Assembly (NCBI GenBank): GCA_046597055.1
Contig: JBKJLC010000057.1
Location: 1 to 61,486 of the forward strand
Direction of reading: 5' to 3'
Length of the DNA: 61,486 nucleotides
Source: Kofleriaceae bacterium
Lineage (GTDB): Bacteria; Myxococcota_A; Polyangia; Haliangiales; Haliangiaceae
A program made the translations under genes and the position numbers. The notes under the pieces are model-generated. The model was not told where the DNA came from. It worked only from the letters and a program-made list of their open reading frames with translations, and made no database searches. Below are positions 37,314-50,085 of this stretch, one piece after another. Within the stretch, counting starts at the first letter, position 1, and each line of letters starts with the position of its first letter.

Positions 37314-39832
37314 CACCGACCGCACCGACTGCATCGCCCCTGTCCTCGCCGCGCCGGCCCCGCCTCACCGCGACGCTGGGTCTCCTCGCCGGCACGCTCG
37401 GCGCCCTGGCCTGCACCGGCTCGCCCGAGCCGACGGTCCCGCTCGCGGCCGACAGCCCGTGGCCGAAGTTCCGCGGCAACGCTCACCAGACCGGGCGCAC
37501 CGACTACCGGCCGCCGTCGACCGGCGGCGTCCGCTGGGACTTCCCGACCGGCAAGGGCATCTTCTCGAGCCCGGTGATCGGCGCCGACGGAACGATCTAT
37601 GTCGGCTCCGCCGATCGGACCTTCTACGCGCTGAACCCGGACGGGACCGTGCGCTGGACGTTCCTCACCGGCGAGATCATCGACTCGGCCGCGCTGCTCG
37701 ACGACCAGGGCCGGGTGGTCTTCGGCTCGGGCGACGGCGTGGTGTACGCGCTCGACGCCGCGACCGGCGCCGAGCTGTGGCGCTTCCAGGCCGACCCGCC
37801 GACGACCAACAACGCGCTCATCAACTGGTTCGAGGGCAACGTCGCGATCGACTCGACCGGCACGCTGTACGTGCCGTGCGACAACTTCTTCGTTTATGCG
37901 CTCGATCGGGCCACCGGCCAGGCGGTGCGCCGGCTCAAGGTGCGCGATCAGACCTGGTCATCGCCAGCGGTCGATCCCGCGACCGATCGCGTCTTCTTCG
38001 GCAACAACAGCCTGGTCGCGGACTTCGGTCCCAACACGTACGCGTTCGACGCGTCCGGCCGCGAGCTGTGGTCGATCCAGGCGCACGACGGCAGCGTCGC
38101 GGCGAGCCCGCTGCTCGCCGACGGCCGCATGATCGTCGGGAGCTTCGACGGCTACGTGCGCGCCTATGCGATGGACACCGGGGTCAAGCTCTGGGAGCAC
38201 GCGACCCGCGATCACATCTATGCGTCACCGGCCGCGCTGTCGGACGGCACCATCATCCAGCCCTCGGCCGACGGCACCGTGTACGCGCTCGACCCGACCA
38301 CCGGGGCCCGGCGCTGGGCGTTCGACACCCGGTCGCCGCTGCGGTCGTCGCCCGCGGTCGACGGCGACGACCGGATCTACCTGGGCTCGGGCGAAGGCCG
38401 GCTGTTCGTGCTCGAGCCCGACGGCACGCTGTCGTGGGCGCTGCGCCTGGTCACCGACGAGCGCAAGGATCTCAACTCGTCGCCGGCGCTCGGCCGCGAC
38501 GCGATCGTGCTCGGCGCCGAGAGTGGCCAGGTCTTCAGCGTGCCGTACGGCTACTGCCTGCGGGCCGAGGCGGCGACCGACCCCGGCTGCATCCGCGGTC
38601 CGGCCGAGGACCTGCCCACGGACGGCGCGCACGTCTACTACACCACCCAGCTCGGCGCCGTGCTCGACGTGGCCCCGGCCGAGCTCGACGCCCACCAGAC
38701 CCTGGCGTTCTCGCTGTTCGTGCGCGCCGCCGGCGACACCGTGCTGACCCTGATCGACTCGCCCACGCTGACCGTGGACGTGACGCCGCCGGCCGCGGTG
38801 ACGGTCGCCGCGTCGGGCGACCGCCGGTTCCTGACCATCGTGCCGACCACGCGGTTCACGCCCGGGCCCGACGGCCGCGTCTCGATCCGCGTGCGCGGCG
38901 ACTACCTGGTGAACCCCGAGCGCCAGGGCCTGCGCTTCTCGGGCGGCACCCGCGGCGGCGGGTTCGATCAGACCTTCGTGTTCGCGGTCCGCCCGGCCCC
39001 GGTCGAGGTCTTCGGCTTCCAGGTGCCGGCCCAGCCCGGCGAGCCCAGCAGCACCTGGGAGATCAACCGGCTGGCGGCGCCCTTGCCGACCATGCTCCCC
39101 AGCTACAACCAGATCGGTTTCGACTCGTTGCACTACCTGGTCGGGGTGGTCGAGGGCAGCCCCGACCGCTTCGTGACGTGGGTCGTGGGCGCCAAGCTCG
39201 CGACCGGCGAGAACCGCACCGTGGTCGATCCGGCGACCCGCGCGATGTTCACGCTCGACGCGCGCTACCAGGACGGCCTGCTCGCGCTGACCAACGACGC
39301 CGGCTTCGCGGTCGAGGTCACCGGGGCCACCCTGACGTTCAGCCAGTTCCGGCTGTCGGCGCGCCTCGATCGCAGCGGCCGCACGCTGGAGACCCCGCGC
39401 CTGCTGATCGGCGCGATCTGCGGCAACATCAGCCTGTATGGCCCGTTCCTGCGTCGACTGGGCCTGTGCAACGAGCAGACGGACGTGCTGTCCGCGTTCG
39501 GCGCGGCGCTGTTCACGCCGATCACCAGCCAGCCATCGATCGACGCCGGCACCGTCGCGTTCGCGGTCACCGACACCGCCGTCACCGCGACGATCACCGC
39601 CAGCGCGCTGCGCGCCGATCAGCACACGCTGGGGATCCTGCTGGTCGACGCGACCACCGGTCGCCCGGTATCGCTCGACTACGGCCTGGTCACCAGCCAC
39701 GAGACCGACCCGAACGGCGTCGTGCGCACGGTGACCCTGGCCGCCGCGCGGGCGTCGCTGCCCGCCTCGGTCCGGGCCTACCTGATGGTCGACACCACGC
39801 CGGCCGCCCGCGCGACGCTCACGATCCGCTGA
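37310..39832 (+). CDS. PQQ-like (BamB-type) beta-propeller lipoprotein with a large C-terminal region
   Basis: ATGA overlap; lipobox ALAC; WPKFRG; repeated SSP...IYVGS...YAL...W blades. Confidence 0.85.
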   Translation: MTPTAPTASPLSSPRRPRLTATLGLLAGTLGALACTGSPEPTVPLAADSPWPKFRGNAHQTGRTDYRPPSTGGVRWDFPTGKGIFSSPVIGADGTIYVGSADRTFYALNPDGTVRWTFLTGEIIDSAALLDDQGRVVFGSGDGVVYALDAATGAELWRFQADPPTTNNALINWFEGNVAIDSTGTLYVPCDNFFVYALDRATGQAVRRLKVRDQTWSSPAVDPATDRVFFGNNSLVADFGPNTYAFDASGRELWSIQAHDGSVAASPLLADGRMIVGSFDGYVRAYAMDTGVKLWEHATRDHIYASPAALSDGTIIQPSADGTVYALDPTTGARRWAFDTRSPLRSSPAVDGDDRIYLGSGEGRLFVLEPDGTLSWALRLVTDERKDLNSSPALGRDAIVLGAESGQVFSVPYGYCLRAEAATDPGCIRGPAEDLPTDGAHVYYTTQLGAVLDVAPAELDAHQTLAFSLFVRAAGDTVLTLIDSPTLTVDVTPPAAVTVAASGDRRFLTIVPTTRFTPGPDGRVSIRVRGDYLVNPERQGLRFSGGTRGGGFDQTFVFAVRPAPVEVFGFQVPAQPGEPSSTWEINRLAAPLPTMLPSYNQIGFDSLHYLVGVVEGSPDRFVTWVVGAKLATGENRTVVDPATRAMFTLDARYQDGLLALTNDAGFAVEVTGATLTFSQFRLSARLDRSGRTLETPRLLIGAICGNISLYGPFLRRLGLCNEQTDVLSAFGAALFTPITSQPSIDAGTVAFAVTDTAVTATITASALRADQHTLGILLVDATTGRPVSLDYGLVTSHETDPNGVVRTVTLAAARASLPASVRAYLMVDTTPAARATLTIR

Positions 39833-39996
39833 CACGCGGCCTCCCGCGCGCCCTCTGGGCCGAGCCGCATCCACCACTTGCGCGATCGGTCGCGCCCCGC
39901 ACGCAACCGGCGCCGGACCTTGACGACAGGAGGCGCAACGGAGCATCAAGCTCCCCGGACGCGCGCGCGTCCTCCCTCGGTCGGTCTGGTGAGGTC

Positions 39997-42900
39997 ATGG
40001 CGAGTCAATCTCAGGTTGCAGGGTCGGTCCCGGAGTCGATGAGCGCCGAGGCCGTGCTCCGCACGCGCATCCAGGCCTGCTGGGCCGCGGCCACGGCGCT
40101 CGAGCCGGTGGCTGGCGCGGTCGGGCACGGGCAGCTGGACCCGATCCGCTCGCTGGTGGCGGCGGCGCTCGCGGCGCGGTTCGATGGCATCGACGGGCTG
40201 AGTGGGCTCGATCGCATGGAGACCGAGACCGCGCTGGCCACCTCGGTGGCGCGCGCGGCGGTGGTCGCGATCGCGGCCGGCGACGACGGCACCGCCCGGG
40301 CCTGGCTGGCCGAGGCCGGGCGGCTGACCGGCGACCACGAGCAGCGCGCCGAGATCGCGGCGGCGGCCGGGTCGCTCGAACGCTACCGGGTGCTCGTCCA
40401 CGGGCGCAACCGGTTCGCTCGCGACGATGTCGCCGGGGCCCACGCCCGCTGGCAGGCGCTGCTCGACGACGACGGACCGGATGACGCGATCCGGGACGCC
40501 GCCGAGCGCGAGCTGCATGCCCCGCGGGCCCTTGCCGGCAACCAGCCCGAGCTGTTCAGCTGGAACGGCATCGGGGTGGGGTTCTACGGCACGCGCGACC
40601 GCCGTTCCGACGGTTCGCACGTGACGACCCACTGCGTCTCGGTGATGTTCGTCCCGCTGATCCCGCTGGCCGCGTATCGCGTCCATCAGCGCGGCGACGG
40701 CTACCTGGTGGTCGCCAAGGAGCCGCTGTCGCGGTTCGCCCGGATCGCGCGGGTCGCGGTCGCCACCACGGCGGTGCTCGCGATCGCCGCGATCCTCCTG
40801 GTGAGCTACCTGCGCGATCCCGACCGGCTGGCCCGCCAGCGCTTCGACGCGGCGATCGCGGCGCACGGCGAGCCCGAGGCCGTGCTCCGCCGCCTCGATG
40901 GCGAGCTCGGCGGGCCCGACCTCGCCCGGGTCGACACCGATCGCGCCCAGCGGGCCGGCGCCGCGGTGGTGCGGCTCACCGCCGGGTTCGTGCCGCAGCC
41001 GTTCGCGCGCGCGCACGTCGATCAGGTCGCGCGGGTGGTGGCCCGGTATCACGCCCTGCCGGATCGCGCCCGCGGCGGCGTCGCCCGCGACACCCTGGTG
41101 CACACGCTCACCGGGTGGGCCGACGGCCTGGCCGCGCCCGCCGATCGCGACGCGCAGCTGACCGTGCTCCGCCAGGCGCACACGGTGGCGGGCGCCGCCC
41201 ACCCCGGGCTCGCGTCGCGACTCACCGCGCTCCGGCTCGAGGTCGCCGCGGCCAAGGCCGCCGACTGGCCGCTCGACGCGCTCGCGGTCCTGCTCGACGA
41301 GCCGCGCGGACCCGCGACGGTGAACCAGGCGACCCTGGTGATCGCGCGCCTGGTCGATCACCCGTCGCTGCTCGAGGACGCCGGCCCCGACCTCGACGCG
41401 TGGCTCGTCGCAACCTCGGCGGGCGACGGGGTGCTTCGCGAGCGGGTCCTGGCGCAGCGCGCGCTCGCGGTCGCCGGCCGCATCGAGGCCGAGGCCGAGG
41501 GGGTCACCCCCGCGCAGCTCGCCGCCATGCAGGCCGAGCGTCCGTGGGATCAGGTCGTCGCCGCGCTGCTCGCCAGCGAGGAGCTGCACAGCGGCAAGCC
41601 GGAAGCGGCCGAGGCGCGGCTGCGCCGCTTCGGCGCACCCGGCCGGCTGACGCGCAACGCGCAGCTCGCGCTGGCGCAGATCGCCGCCGCCCGCGATCAG
41701 CTCGACGTGGCCGATCAGCTCGTGACCCAGCTCCTGTCGAGTCGGCTGCCCCGGTTCCTGGCCGCGAGCACCGCGCTCGAGGCGACTGGCCGGACGGTGC
41801 AGGCTCGGCTGGAGCAGCGGCTCGAGCACGACGTCCCCGAGGCGCTGCGCCTCGCGCACGAGGCGGCCACCGACGACGACGCGCGCCAGAAGCTGGTGGA
41901 CGCATGGTTCGCGGCGCAGCTGGACGCCGACCCCGAGCTCGCCGTCCGGCGGGCCACCCACCGTGCGTACGCCGACGTGGTGCCGGTCGCGATCACCGGC
42001 GGCACCATCAAGCTGCGCCGCGCGCAGGGTCTGACCGGCGGCGAGCGCGACGCCATGCTGGCCGACGCCGAGCGTACGTTCCTGGCGATCCGGACCCAGG
42101 CCGCGGGCCAGCCCGAGTTCCACCTCGGGCTTGGCGAAATCTACGCCCGCCTCGGCAAGCTCGCGGAATCGGACGCCGAGCTCGGCGCCCTCCTGACCCG
42201 CAACGACGCCGGGCTGACGCTCGAGGTCATCCACGTCTATCGCAACATCGGGAGCGTCGCGCGTGCCACGCAGATCGCCACCGACGCCTACGGCACGTTC
42301 CCGTCGCCCGAGCGCGAGGGGTTCGCCTCGCTGCTCGGCGCGCTCACCTCCAGCAACGACGACGAGAGCGAGGGCTGGTACCGCAAGGCCGACCAGCGGA
42401 GTCCGTACGTGCAGACATCCCTGCTGGAGATCGAGGCCAGCCGCCTGGGGCGACAGGGCAAGTACGAGGACTGCGCGCGCACCTACGCCGCGGCCGCGAA
42501 GGCGTTCCTGGACCAGGCCGGCGCCAGCGATGACAGCGCGTTCAACAATGCAGCCGTCGCACATCAGAGTGGCTACCACTGCAGCGGCGACCCGGCGGCG
42601 CTCGCCGAGGCCGAGAAGGCGCTCGAGCACGCCTACCGGCTCGCCGGCGAGGATCCGATCGTGCTGGGCAACCTCGTCGACACGCTGATGCAACGCGGTC
42701 GGGTGCGCGTCCTGGCCCGGCGGGTCGACGTCCAGGGCCTGCGCCTGTCCTCGGCCGAAGCCGACGCCCTGCTCGACCGCCTCCTCGACGGCAGCGAGCG
42801 CGACGCGCTCCTGGTCGAGCTCACCGCCGACCCCGGGCTGCGTCGCGGTCGCGACCTGGTCCGTCAGCACGAGGTGCTGGCCCCCAACAGCATCGGTCCC

Positions 42901-43635
42901 TACCGCATTCAGTTCGAGTGGGCCCGGACCGTGCGCGACCGGGCCGCGGCGGCCGCGGTGCTCGAGCGCATGCGCCAGGCCCGGGCGCTCGAGACCAGCG
43001 CGATGCAGGCTGGGACGGCGTACGCCGCCAGCGACGACGGCGGCGACGAGGTGCTCGCGCACTACGCGACCGCGCTCGCCCGCCTCGAGGCGGTGCTGGC
43101 CCGGCCCCGCCTCGACCCGCGGACGCGCGCGACCGCGCTGCGGCTGCGCGGCGAGACCCTGGCCCAGCGCGGCGTGCTGAGCGGCACGGTGGCCGACCAG
43201 GCGGAGGCCCGCGAGTCCCTGCTGGCGTCCGACGCGCTGTGGCCCGCGCAGGCCCAGCCCCTGGCGGCGGTCGTCACGCTGATCGACGAGCTGGGCCTCC
43301 AGCACGACGCGGCGCGGTGGACCTCCTTGCGTCGGAGCCACGACTCGATCCCGCTCCTGGCCAAGCTGGCGGTCGAGCGCGACCCGCTGGCCGAGGCCAT
43401 CCGCAGCGCGCCGGCCTGGGCCACCGTGCGCGAGCTGGTCGGTCGCGACCACACCCGGCCCGGCATCGACACCATCTGGCTGGCCCGCCTCGTGGACGAT
43501 CCCGCGGTCACCGCCCGCGCCCGGGCCGCCCTCGACGACGAGCTCGTGCGCCTCCCGTTCGAGCTCCGCGCGCTGACCGTGCCCGGCGACGCTCACGCCG
43601 CCGCGGCACTCGCCGACCTGACCGCTGGCCGGTGA
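39997..43635 (+). CDS. Large membrane-anchored alpha-solenoid/TPR-like protein (1212 aa)
   Basis: GAGG RBS; NGIGVGFYG...FVPLIPLAAYRV module, one TM helix, TPR-like FHLGLGEIYARLGK. Confidence 0.72.
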   Translation: MASQSQVAGSVPESMSAEAVLRTRIQACWAAATALEPVAGAVGHGQLDPIRSLVAAALAARFDGIDGLSGLDRMETETALATSVARAAVVAIAAGDDGTARAWLAEAGRLTGDHEQRAEIAAAAGSLERYRVLVHGRNRFARDDVAGAHARWQALLDDDGPDDAIRDAAERELHAPRALAGNQPELFSWNGIGVGFYGTRDRRSDGSHVTTHCVSVMFVPLIPLAAYRVHQRGDGYLVVAKEPLSRFARIARVAVATTAVLAIAAILLVSYLRDPDRLARQRFDAAIAAHGEPEAVLRRLDGELGGPDLARVDTDRAQRAGAAVVRLTAGFVPQPFARAHVDQVARVVARYHALPDRARGGVARDTLVHTLTGWADGLAAPADRDAQLTVLRQAHTVAGAAHPGLASRLTALRLEVAAAKAADWPLDALAVLLDEPRGPATVNQATLVIARLVDHPSLLEDAGPDLDAWLVATSAGDGVLRERVLAQRALAVAGRIEAEAEGVTPAQLAAMQAERPWDQVVAALLASEELHSGKPEAAEARLRRFGAPGRLTRNAQLALAQIAAARDQLDVADQLVTQLLSSRLPRFLAASTALEATGRTVQARLEQRLEHDVPEALRLAHEAATDDDARQKLVDAWFAAQLDADPELAVRRATHRAYADVVPVAITGGTIKLRRAQGLTGGERDAMLADAERTFLAIRTQAAGQPEFHLGLGEIYARLGKLAESDAELGALLTRNDAGLTLEVIHVYRNIGSVARATQIATDAYGTFPSPEREGFASLLGALTSSNDDESEGWYRKADQRSPYVQTSLLEIEASRLGRQGKYEDCARTYAAAAKAFLDQAGASDDSAFNNAAVAHQSGYHCSGDPAALAEAEKALEHAYRLAGEDPIVLGNLVDTLMQRGRVRVLARRVDVQGLRLSSAEADALLDRLLDGSERDALLVELTADPGLRRGRDLVRQHEVLAPNSIGPYRIQFEWARTVRDRAAAAAVLERMRQARALETSAMQAGTAYAASDDGGDEVLAHYATALARLEAVLARPRLDPRTRATALRLRGETLAQRGVLSGTVADQAEARESLLASDALWPAQAQPLAAVVTLIDELGLQHDAARWTSLRRSHDSIPLLAKLAVERDPLAEAIRSAPAWATVRELVGRDHTRPGIDTIWLARLVDDPAVTARARAALDDELVRLPFELRALTVPGDAHAAAALADLTAGR

Positions 43636-43655
43636 CATCGACGCCGGCCGCTGGC

Positions 43656-44177
43656 TCAGCCGGCGGCCACCGCGTGCGCCATCGCGGCGAGCTTGGTCAC
43701 GGTGTTGATGTTGCGCGCGGTCCCAGCCGCCATGCCCGGCACCTTCAGCTTCGACGTGCCCTGCCCGTCCGGGTACCAGATGTAGAGCTCGCGGGCACCG
43801 AGCGCCACCTGCTCGCCAGCGGACGCCTGCACCGCGGCCAGGGTGTCCACCGGCGGAGCCTTGGCGAGGAACACGACCATCACCCGGCTGGGCGGCGCCG
43901 CCTTGAATGGATTGTCCGCCAGGACCTGGTCGAGCTCGGCCGCGCGGCGCACGAACACCGCGACCGGCTTGCCCAGCTTCGCCGCGAGCGCGCGCTCGAG
44001 GTTCGCCTGCACGCTGGCCTCGCCCGCCCGGCTGCGGAAGACCACGTTGCCACTCTGGATATACGTCTTCACGCCGGTGAACCCGGCCTGCTCGCACATC
44101 GTCACCAGGTCGGCCATCGCCAGCTTGCCGGTGCCACCCACGTTGACCGCCCGCAACAGGGCCACGAATTCCGCCAT
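43656..44177 (-). CDS. DUF1697 family protein
   Basis: VALLRAVNVGG, VKTYIQSGNVVF, TARNINTV. Confidence 0.92.
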   Translation of the reverse strand: MAEFVALLRAVNVGGTGKLAMADLVTMCEQAGFTGVKTYIQSGNVVFRSRAGEASVQANLERALAAKLGKPVAVFVRRAAELDQVLADNPFKAAPPSRVMVVFLAKAPPVDTLAAVQASAGEQVALGARELYIWYPDGQGTSKLKVPGMAAGTARNINTVTKLAAMAHAVAAG

Positions 44178-44389
44178 GAACCCTTCATATCCCGAACCTG
44201 CTCGCCTGCCCCCTCGCTCGCCCCTCCCGCCGGTGTCAGGGGCACCTCGCGCCCGGTCATGGCTCGTCTTCGTCATCGATGACCGCGTCGACCAGCTCGA
44301 CGCCGCGATCCACGCCCGGCTGAAGGACTACCAGGTCTCGCGCGGTGCGCGTCAGACCAAGCGCTGGTTCATGGGACGCTGACAGCCCG

Positions 44390-44827
44390 TCACGGCCGGG
44401 CGGCGGCGCAGTCGAAGCCGTCGGACACGACCTGCCCACCGCCGCCGGTGACGGTGAAGCTGCCGATGCGACCGGTGACGGCCCGGTCCGCGGTGCCACC
44501 GTTCACCGCGATCCCGACGACGAGCTCGGCCGGCAGGAAGACGGGGCCCATCTCGAGCGTTTGGTCACCGACCGTGCCCGAGATCCTGATCTCGTGGCCG
44601 ACCCGGCGTGCCCGCAGGGTGGCGCGCGTGCTGTCCACGCCACGGGCCCGCTGCGAGTTGCCGTTCGAGACGCTCAGGTTGGGGAGAAAGCCGGTGCCGC
44701 CCCAGATCGAGGTCGTCGCGACCGTGAGAAAGCCGTGGTTGCCCGGCCCGACCAGGAACAGGTCGACACCCTCGAAGGCGCGCGCCCCGGCCACGGCCTC
44801 GACCTCGACCGCGACCTCGAAGTGCAC
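44390..44827 (-). CDS. Hypothetical beta-rich protein, possibly 5'-truncated
   Basis: Protein-like ORF with in-frame TGA shortly upstream; no clear RBS. Confidence 0.4.
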   Translation of the reverse strand: MHFEVAVEVEAVAGARAFEGVDLFLVGPGNHGFLTVATTSIWGGTGFLPNLSVSNGNSQRARGVDSTRATLRARRVGHEIRISGTVGDQTLEMGPVFLPAELVVGIAVNGGTADRAVTGRIGSFTVTGGGGQVVSDGFDCAAARP

Positions 44828-45079
44828 GACTGGAGCCAGCGCGCGTCACGCGCCGTGACGATGGTTCGTACGGTCCCAGCCCCGCAGATTCGCTGCGCGC
44901 CCCGCGCTCGGATGTCCGCCCCATGCGGTCCCTGCAACCCGCGGCGCCGACGGAACCGCCGAGCCGGTGACACTCACGATGCAACACGCTGTGAACACGC
45001 CGTCACGGAAAACCAGGGTAAGGACGTGGCAAGGAAGGATGCCAGTCCGAGCCGCTGGCGGTGACGGGCCCGGACCGCC

Positions 45080-46735
45080 TCACCCGCCCGCGAGTGACCA
45101 GCCGGCGATACCCGGCACCGTCGCGAGCGGCGCGACGTCGCGCGGATTCACGCCACGCAGGCGGCGGTTCCACGCGTAGTGCCCGAACGGTGCATACAGC
45201 GGCGTGTACGGGAGCTCGTCGATCAGCAACCGCTGCAGCTGCTCGTAGAGCTTCTTGCGCGCATCTCGGTCGAGGGTGGTGCGCGCGTCCTCGACCAGCT
45301 TGTCGACCGCCGGGTTGGAGTACGCCGCGTAGTTGGCGCCGGCCGCGGCCTGCGACGAGTGCAGCAGCGCGGCCGGATCGGGGTCGGAGAGGTCGGGCAG
45401 CCAGCCGAAGTAGACGCCGTCGTAGTCGCGACGCTCGATGCGGTCGTAGTACTCCTTGCGCGGCAACACGGTCAGCTCGAAGGTGATGCCGAGCGCGGCC
45501 AGATCCTTGGCGAAGATCGCCGCCATGCGATCGGTGCCGGCGCCTGCGAGGGAGTCGACCGCGATCACCTCGAGGTTGAAGCGCTTGCCGGCCCGGACCG
45601 GCGCGGCCGCGTCGAGCACCTTGCGCGCCCCCGCGGGATCGAACGGCAGCGGCGCCACCGACGAGTCGTAGCCGAACATCGTGGGGAACAGCGGCGCCGA
45701 GATCGCCTGGGCCTGGCCGAGCAGCACGTCGGCGATCACCCGGGGCCGGTCGAGGGCCATGGTCAACGCCTTGCGCACCCGCTTGTCGGTGAGCGTCGGC
45801 CGCTGGGTGTTCCACGCGATCAGCCGGATGCGCGGCTCCACCACCTCGGAGGTCTCGAGCTCGTCGAGGAACCCGGGCTGCTGGGTCGCCTCGAGCCACG
45901 CGTCGACATCGCCCACGCGCGCGATGTCGACGTCGCCCCGGCGCAAGGCAGCGATGACGTCGCTGTCGGCGGTGCCGAACACCAGCTCGATCGGACCGAG
46001 CGAGACCGGCCCGTGCCACCAGCGGGAGTTGACCTCGAGGGTCATCGACTGGCCCGGGGACCAGCGCCCGAACTTGTACGGTCCGGTCCCGATCGGCTCG
46101 ATGCGCGCCTTGCTGGCCGCGAGATCGAGCGCGCCCGCGTCGCCGCCGGTCGCGCCCGCGACCACGTACGCGTGCCGGGGCAGGATGGCGACCGACCAGC
46201 TCGCCAGCGCGGGCGCGAACGGCGCGACGTAGGTGACGACCACGGTCCGGTCGTCGGGCGTGGTCAGCGACTCGACCGCGGACATGTACGACTGCCACGA
46301 CGCGGCCGCCGGCGTCGCGCGGATCGTCTGGTACGTAAAGGCCACGTCGGCCGAGGTGAACGGGGTGCCGTCGTGCCACAGCACCCCGGCGCGGAGGGTG
46401 AACGTGAGGGTGCGCCGGTCGTCGGAGACCTTCCAGGACTCGGCCAGCGCCGGCACCGGCTGCAGCTTGGCGTCGAATGCGACCAGCCCCTCGAACAGCA
46501 GCGCATTGGCGACGACGAAGCGCGGCTCGATCAGCGGATTGAGGTAGCGCGGCTCGTTGGACGGGATCCGCACCGGATGAGCCCCGCGCGCGCCAGCGTC
46601 GGCGTGCGTCGCGCTCGTTCGTGCGCGCGGCTTCCCGCGCTCGGATTTACAGGCCGCCAGGCTGGCGGCAAGGGTGAGCAGGGCCACTCCCGCCCACCGC
46701 CCTGGAGTTGATCGATACCGCCTCCTCGGTTCCAT
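45080..46735 (-). CDS. ABC transporter peptide-binding lipoprotein (SBP family 5)
   Basis: LFEGLV, PALAESW, WHDGTPFTSADVAFT, PIGTGPYKF, DKRVRKAL, YSNPAVDKL. Confidence 0.93.
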   Translation of the reverse strand: MEPRRRYRSTPGRWAGVALLTLAASLAACKSERGKPRARTSATHADAGARGAHPVRIPSNEPRYLNPLIEPRFVVANALLFEGLVAFDAKLQPVPALAESWKVSDDRRTLTFTLRAGVLWHDGTPFTSADVAFTYQTIRATPAAASWQSYMSAVESLTTPDDRTVVVTYVAPFAPALASWSVAILPRHAYVVAGATGGDAGALDLAASKARIEPIGTGPYKFGRWSPGQSMTLEVNSRWWHGPVSLGPIELVFGTADSDVIAALRRGDVDIARVGDVDAWLEATQQPGFLDELETSEVVEPRIRLIAWNTQRPTLTDKRVRKALTMALDRPRVIADVLLGQAQAISAPLFPTMFGYDSSVAPLPFDPAGARKVLDAAAPVRAGKRFNLEVIAVDSLAGAGTDRMAAIFAKDLAALGITFELTVLPRKEYYDRIERRDYDGVYFGWLPDLSDPDPAALLHSSQAAAGANYAAYSNPAVDKLVEDARTTLDRDARKKLYEQLQRLLIDELPYTPLYAPFGHYAWNRRLRGVNPRDVAPLATVPGIAGWSLAGG

Positions 46736-46847
46736 GGACCGAACCTACCAGAGGGAAGCGGTCGCTGGTTGCCAGGGTCCGATCCAGCCCCCACGGATGG
46801 GACCTCGCAGGCTTCCCGAGACCTCCCTCCGTTGGACCGATCGGCCG

Positions 46848-49180
<2,333 letters not shown>

Positions 49181-49287
49181 GGATGCGGCCCACGCCGCGC
49201 GCGTCCGCGTGGCGGACCTGCCCCAGCCCGCGCCGGCGGCCAACCCGCTGCGGCCGGGCGATGAGCACCAGCGCGCTGCCGCTGCGG

Positions 49288-49965
49288 CTAGCGCGGCCGC
49301 TGCCGGCGCGTCTTGCGGGCCTTCTCGAGATCCTCGGGCAGCTTGCTGACCACCGCCGCGCGATCCGGCGCGCCCACCAGGTGGACGCGCGTGTCGGCCG
49401 GCGTGCGGTACCGGCCGGGGTTCGACGCGTTGGCCAGCTGCGCCCGCGCGAGCACGACGACCTCGTCGCCGATGACCAGCACGCCCTCGCCGAACTCGAC
49501 CTGATCGGCCTGAGCGTGCAGTCGCGCCAGGTCAGGGTCGGCGTGCGGGTAGCTCTCGAGAGACGGGACCCGTACGTCCAGCTTCATCTGGACCACCGCG
49601 CCGCGCGGGTCGACGACCGCGCGGCCGCTGTCGTCCTCGAGGACGAACGGCGTGCCTTGCAGGCGACGCGCGAGCGGCTTCCACATCGTGACCGGATGAC
49701 CCAAGCCGTCGACCCGACCGGGCACCGGACCGTAGCCCAGCACGCCCGCATCGAAGCACACGCACGTGCGACCCGTGATGGGCGCGGTCAACGCGCCGCC
49801 CTCGACCACCACGCCGGCGACCCGGACGAACTGGCCGTCCACCAGGTCAGCGACGCGCGCGAGCGGCTCGCGCTTGCGCCACCAGACGGCGCTCCGGTCG
49901 CCGACCGAGCGGACCCCGGCGACGACGCGGTCGAGATCCGCGCGCGACCGCCGAAACAGCATCAC
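49288..49965 (-). CDS. GIDE-like domain protein
   Basis: LTAPITGRTCV, PFVLEDDSGRAVVDP, EGVLVIGDEVVVL. Confidence 0.65.
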   Translation of the reverse strand: MMLFRRSRADLDRVVAGVRSVGDRSAVWWRKREPLARVADLVDGQFVRVAGVVVEGGALTAPITGRTCVCFDAGVLGYGPVPGRVDGLGHPVTMWKPLARRLQGTPFVLEDDSGRAVVDPRGAVVQMKLDVRVPSLESYPHADPDLARLHAQADQVEFGEGVLVIGDEVVVLARAQLANASNPGRYRTPADTRVHLVGAPDRAAVVSKLPEDLEKARKTRRQRPR

Positions 49966-50085
49966 GCGGCGCCGCCCCCGGCGATCTCGATGATCGCCGC
50001 CGGGTCATAGATCGCGAACGCGGCAGTCCTCATGGTCGACGCAGCGTGGCACGACCGCGCCCGGCTCGCGACCGGTCGATCGGGA

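Noticed and set aside
37459..43635. 2058-aa giant ORF
   Set aside because: The first 846 codons are an Arg-rich shadow frame of the propeller gene; the real CDS starts at 39997
39946..44097. Long antisense ORFs (also 13927-16299, 16296-18785, 24694-26709, 47522-49264, 57763-59523)
   Set aside because: Stop-free mirror frames expected at this GC content, opposite well-supported genes
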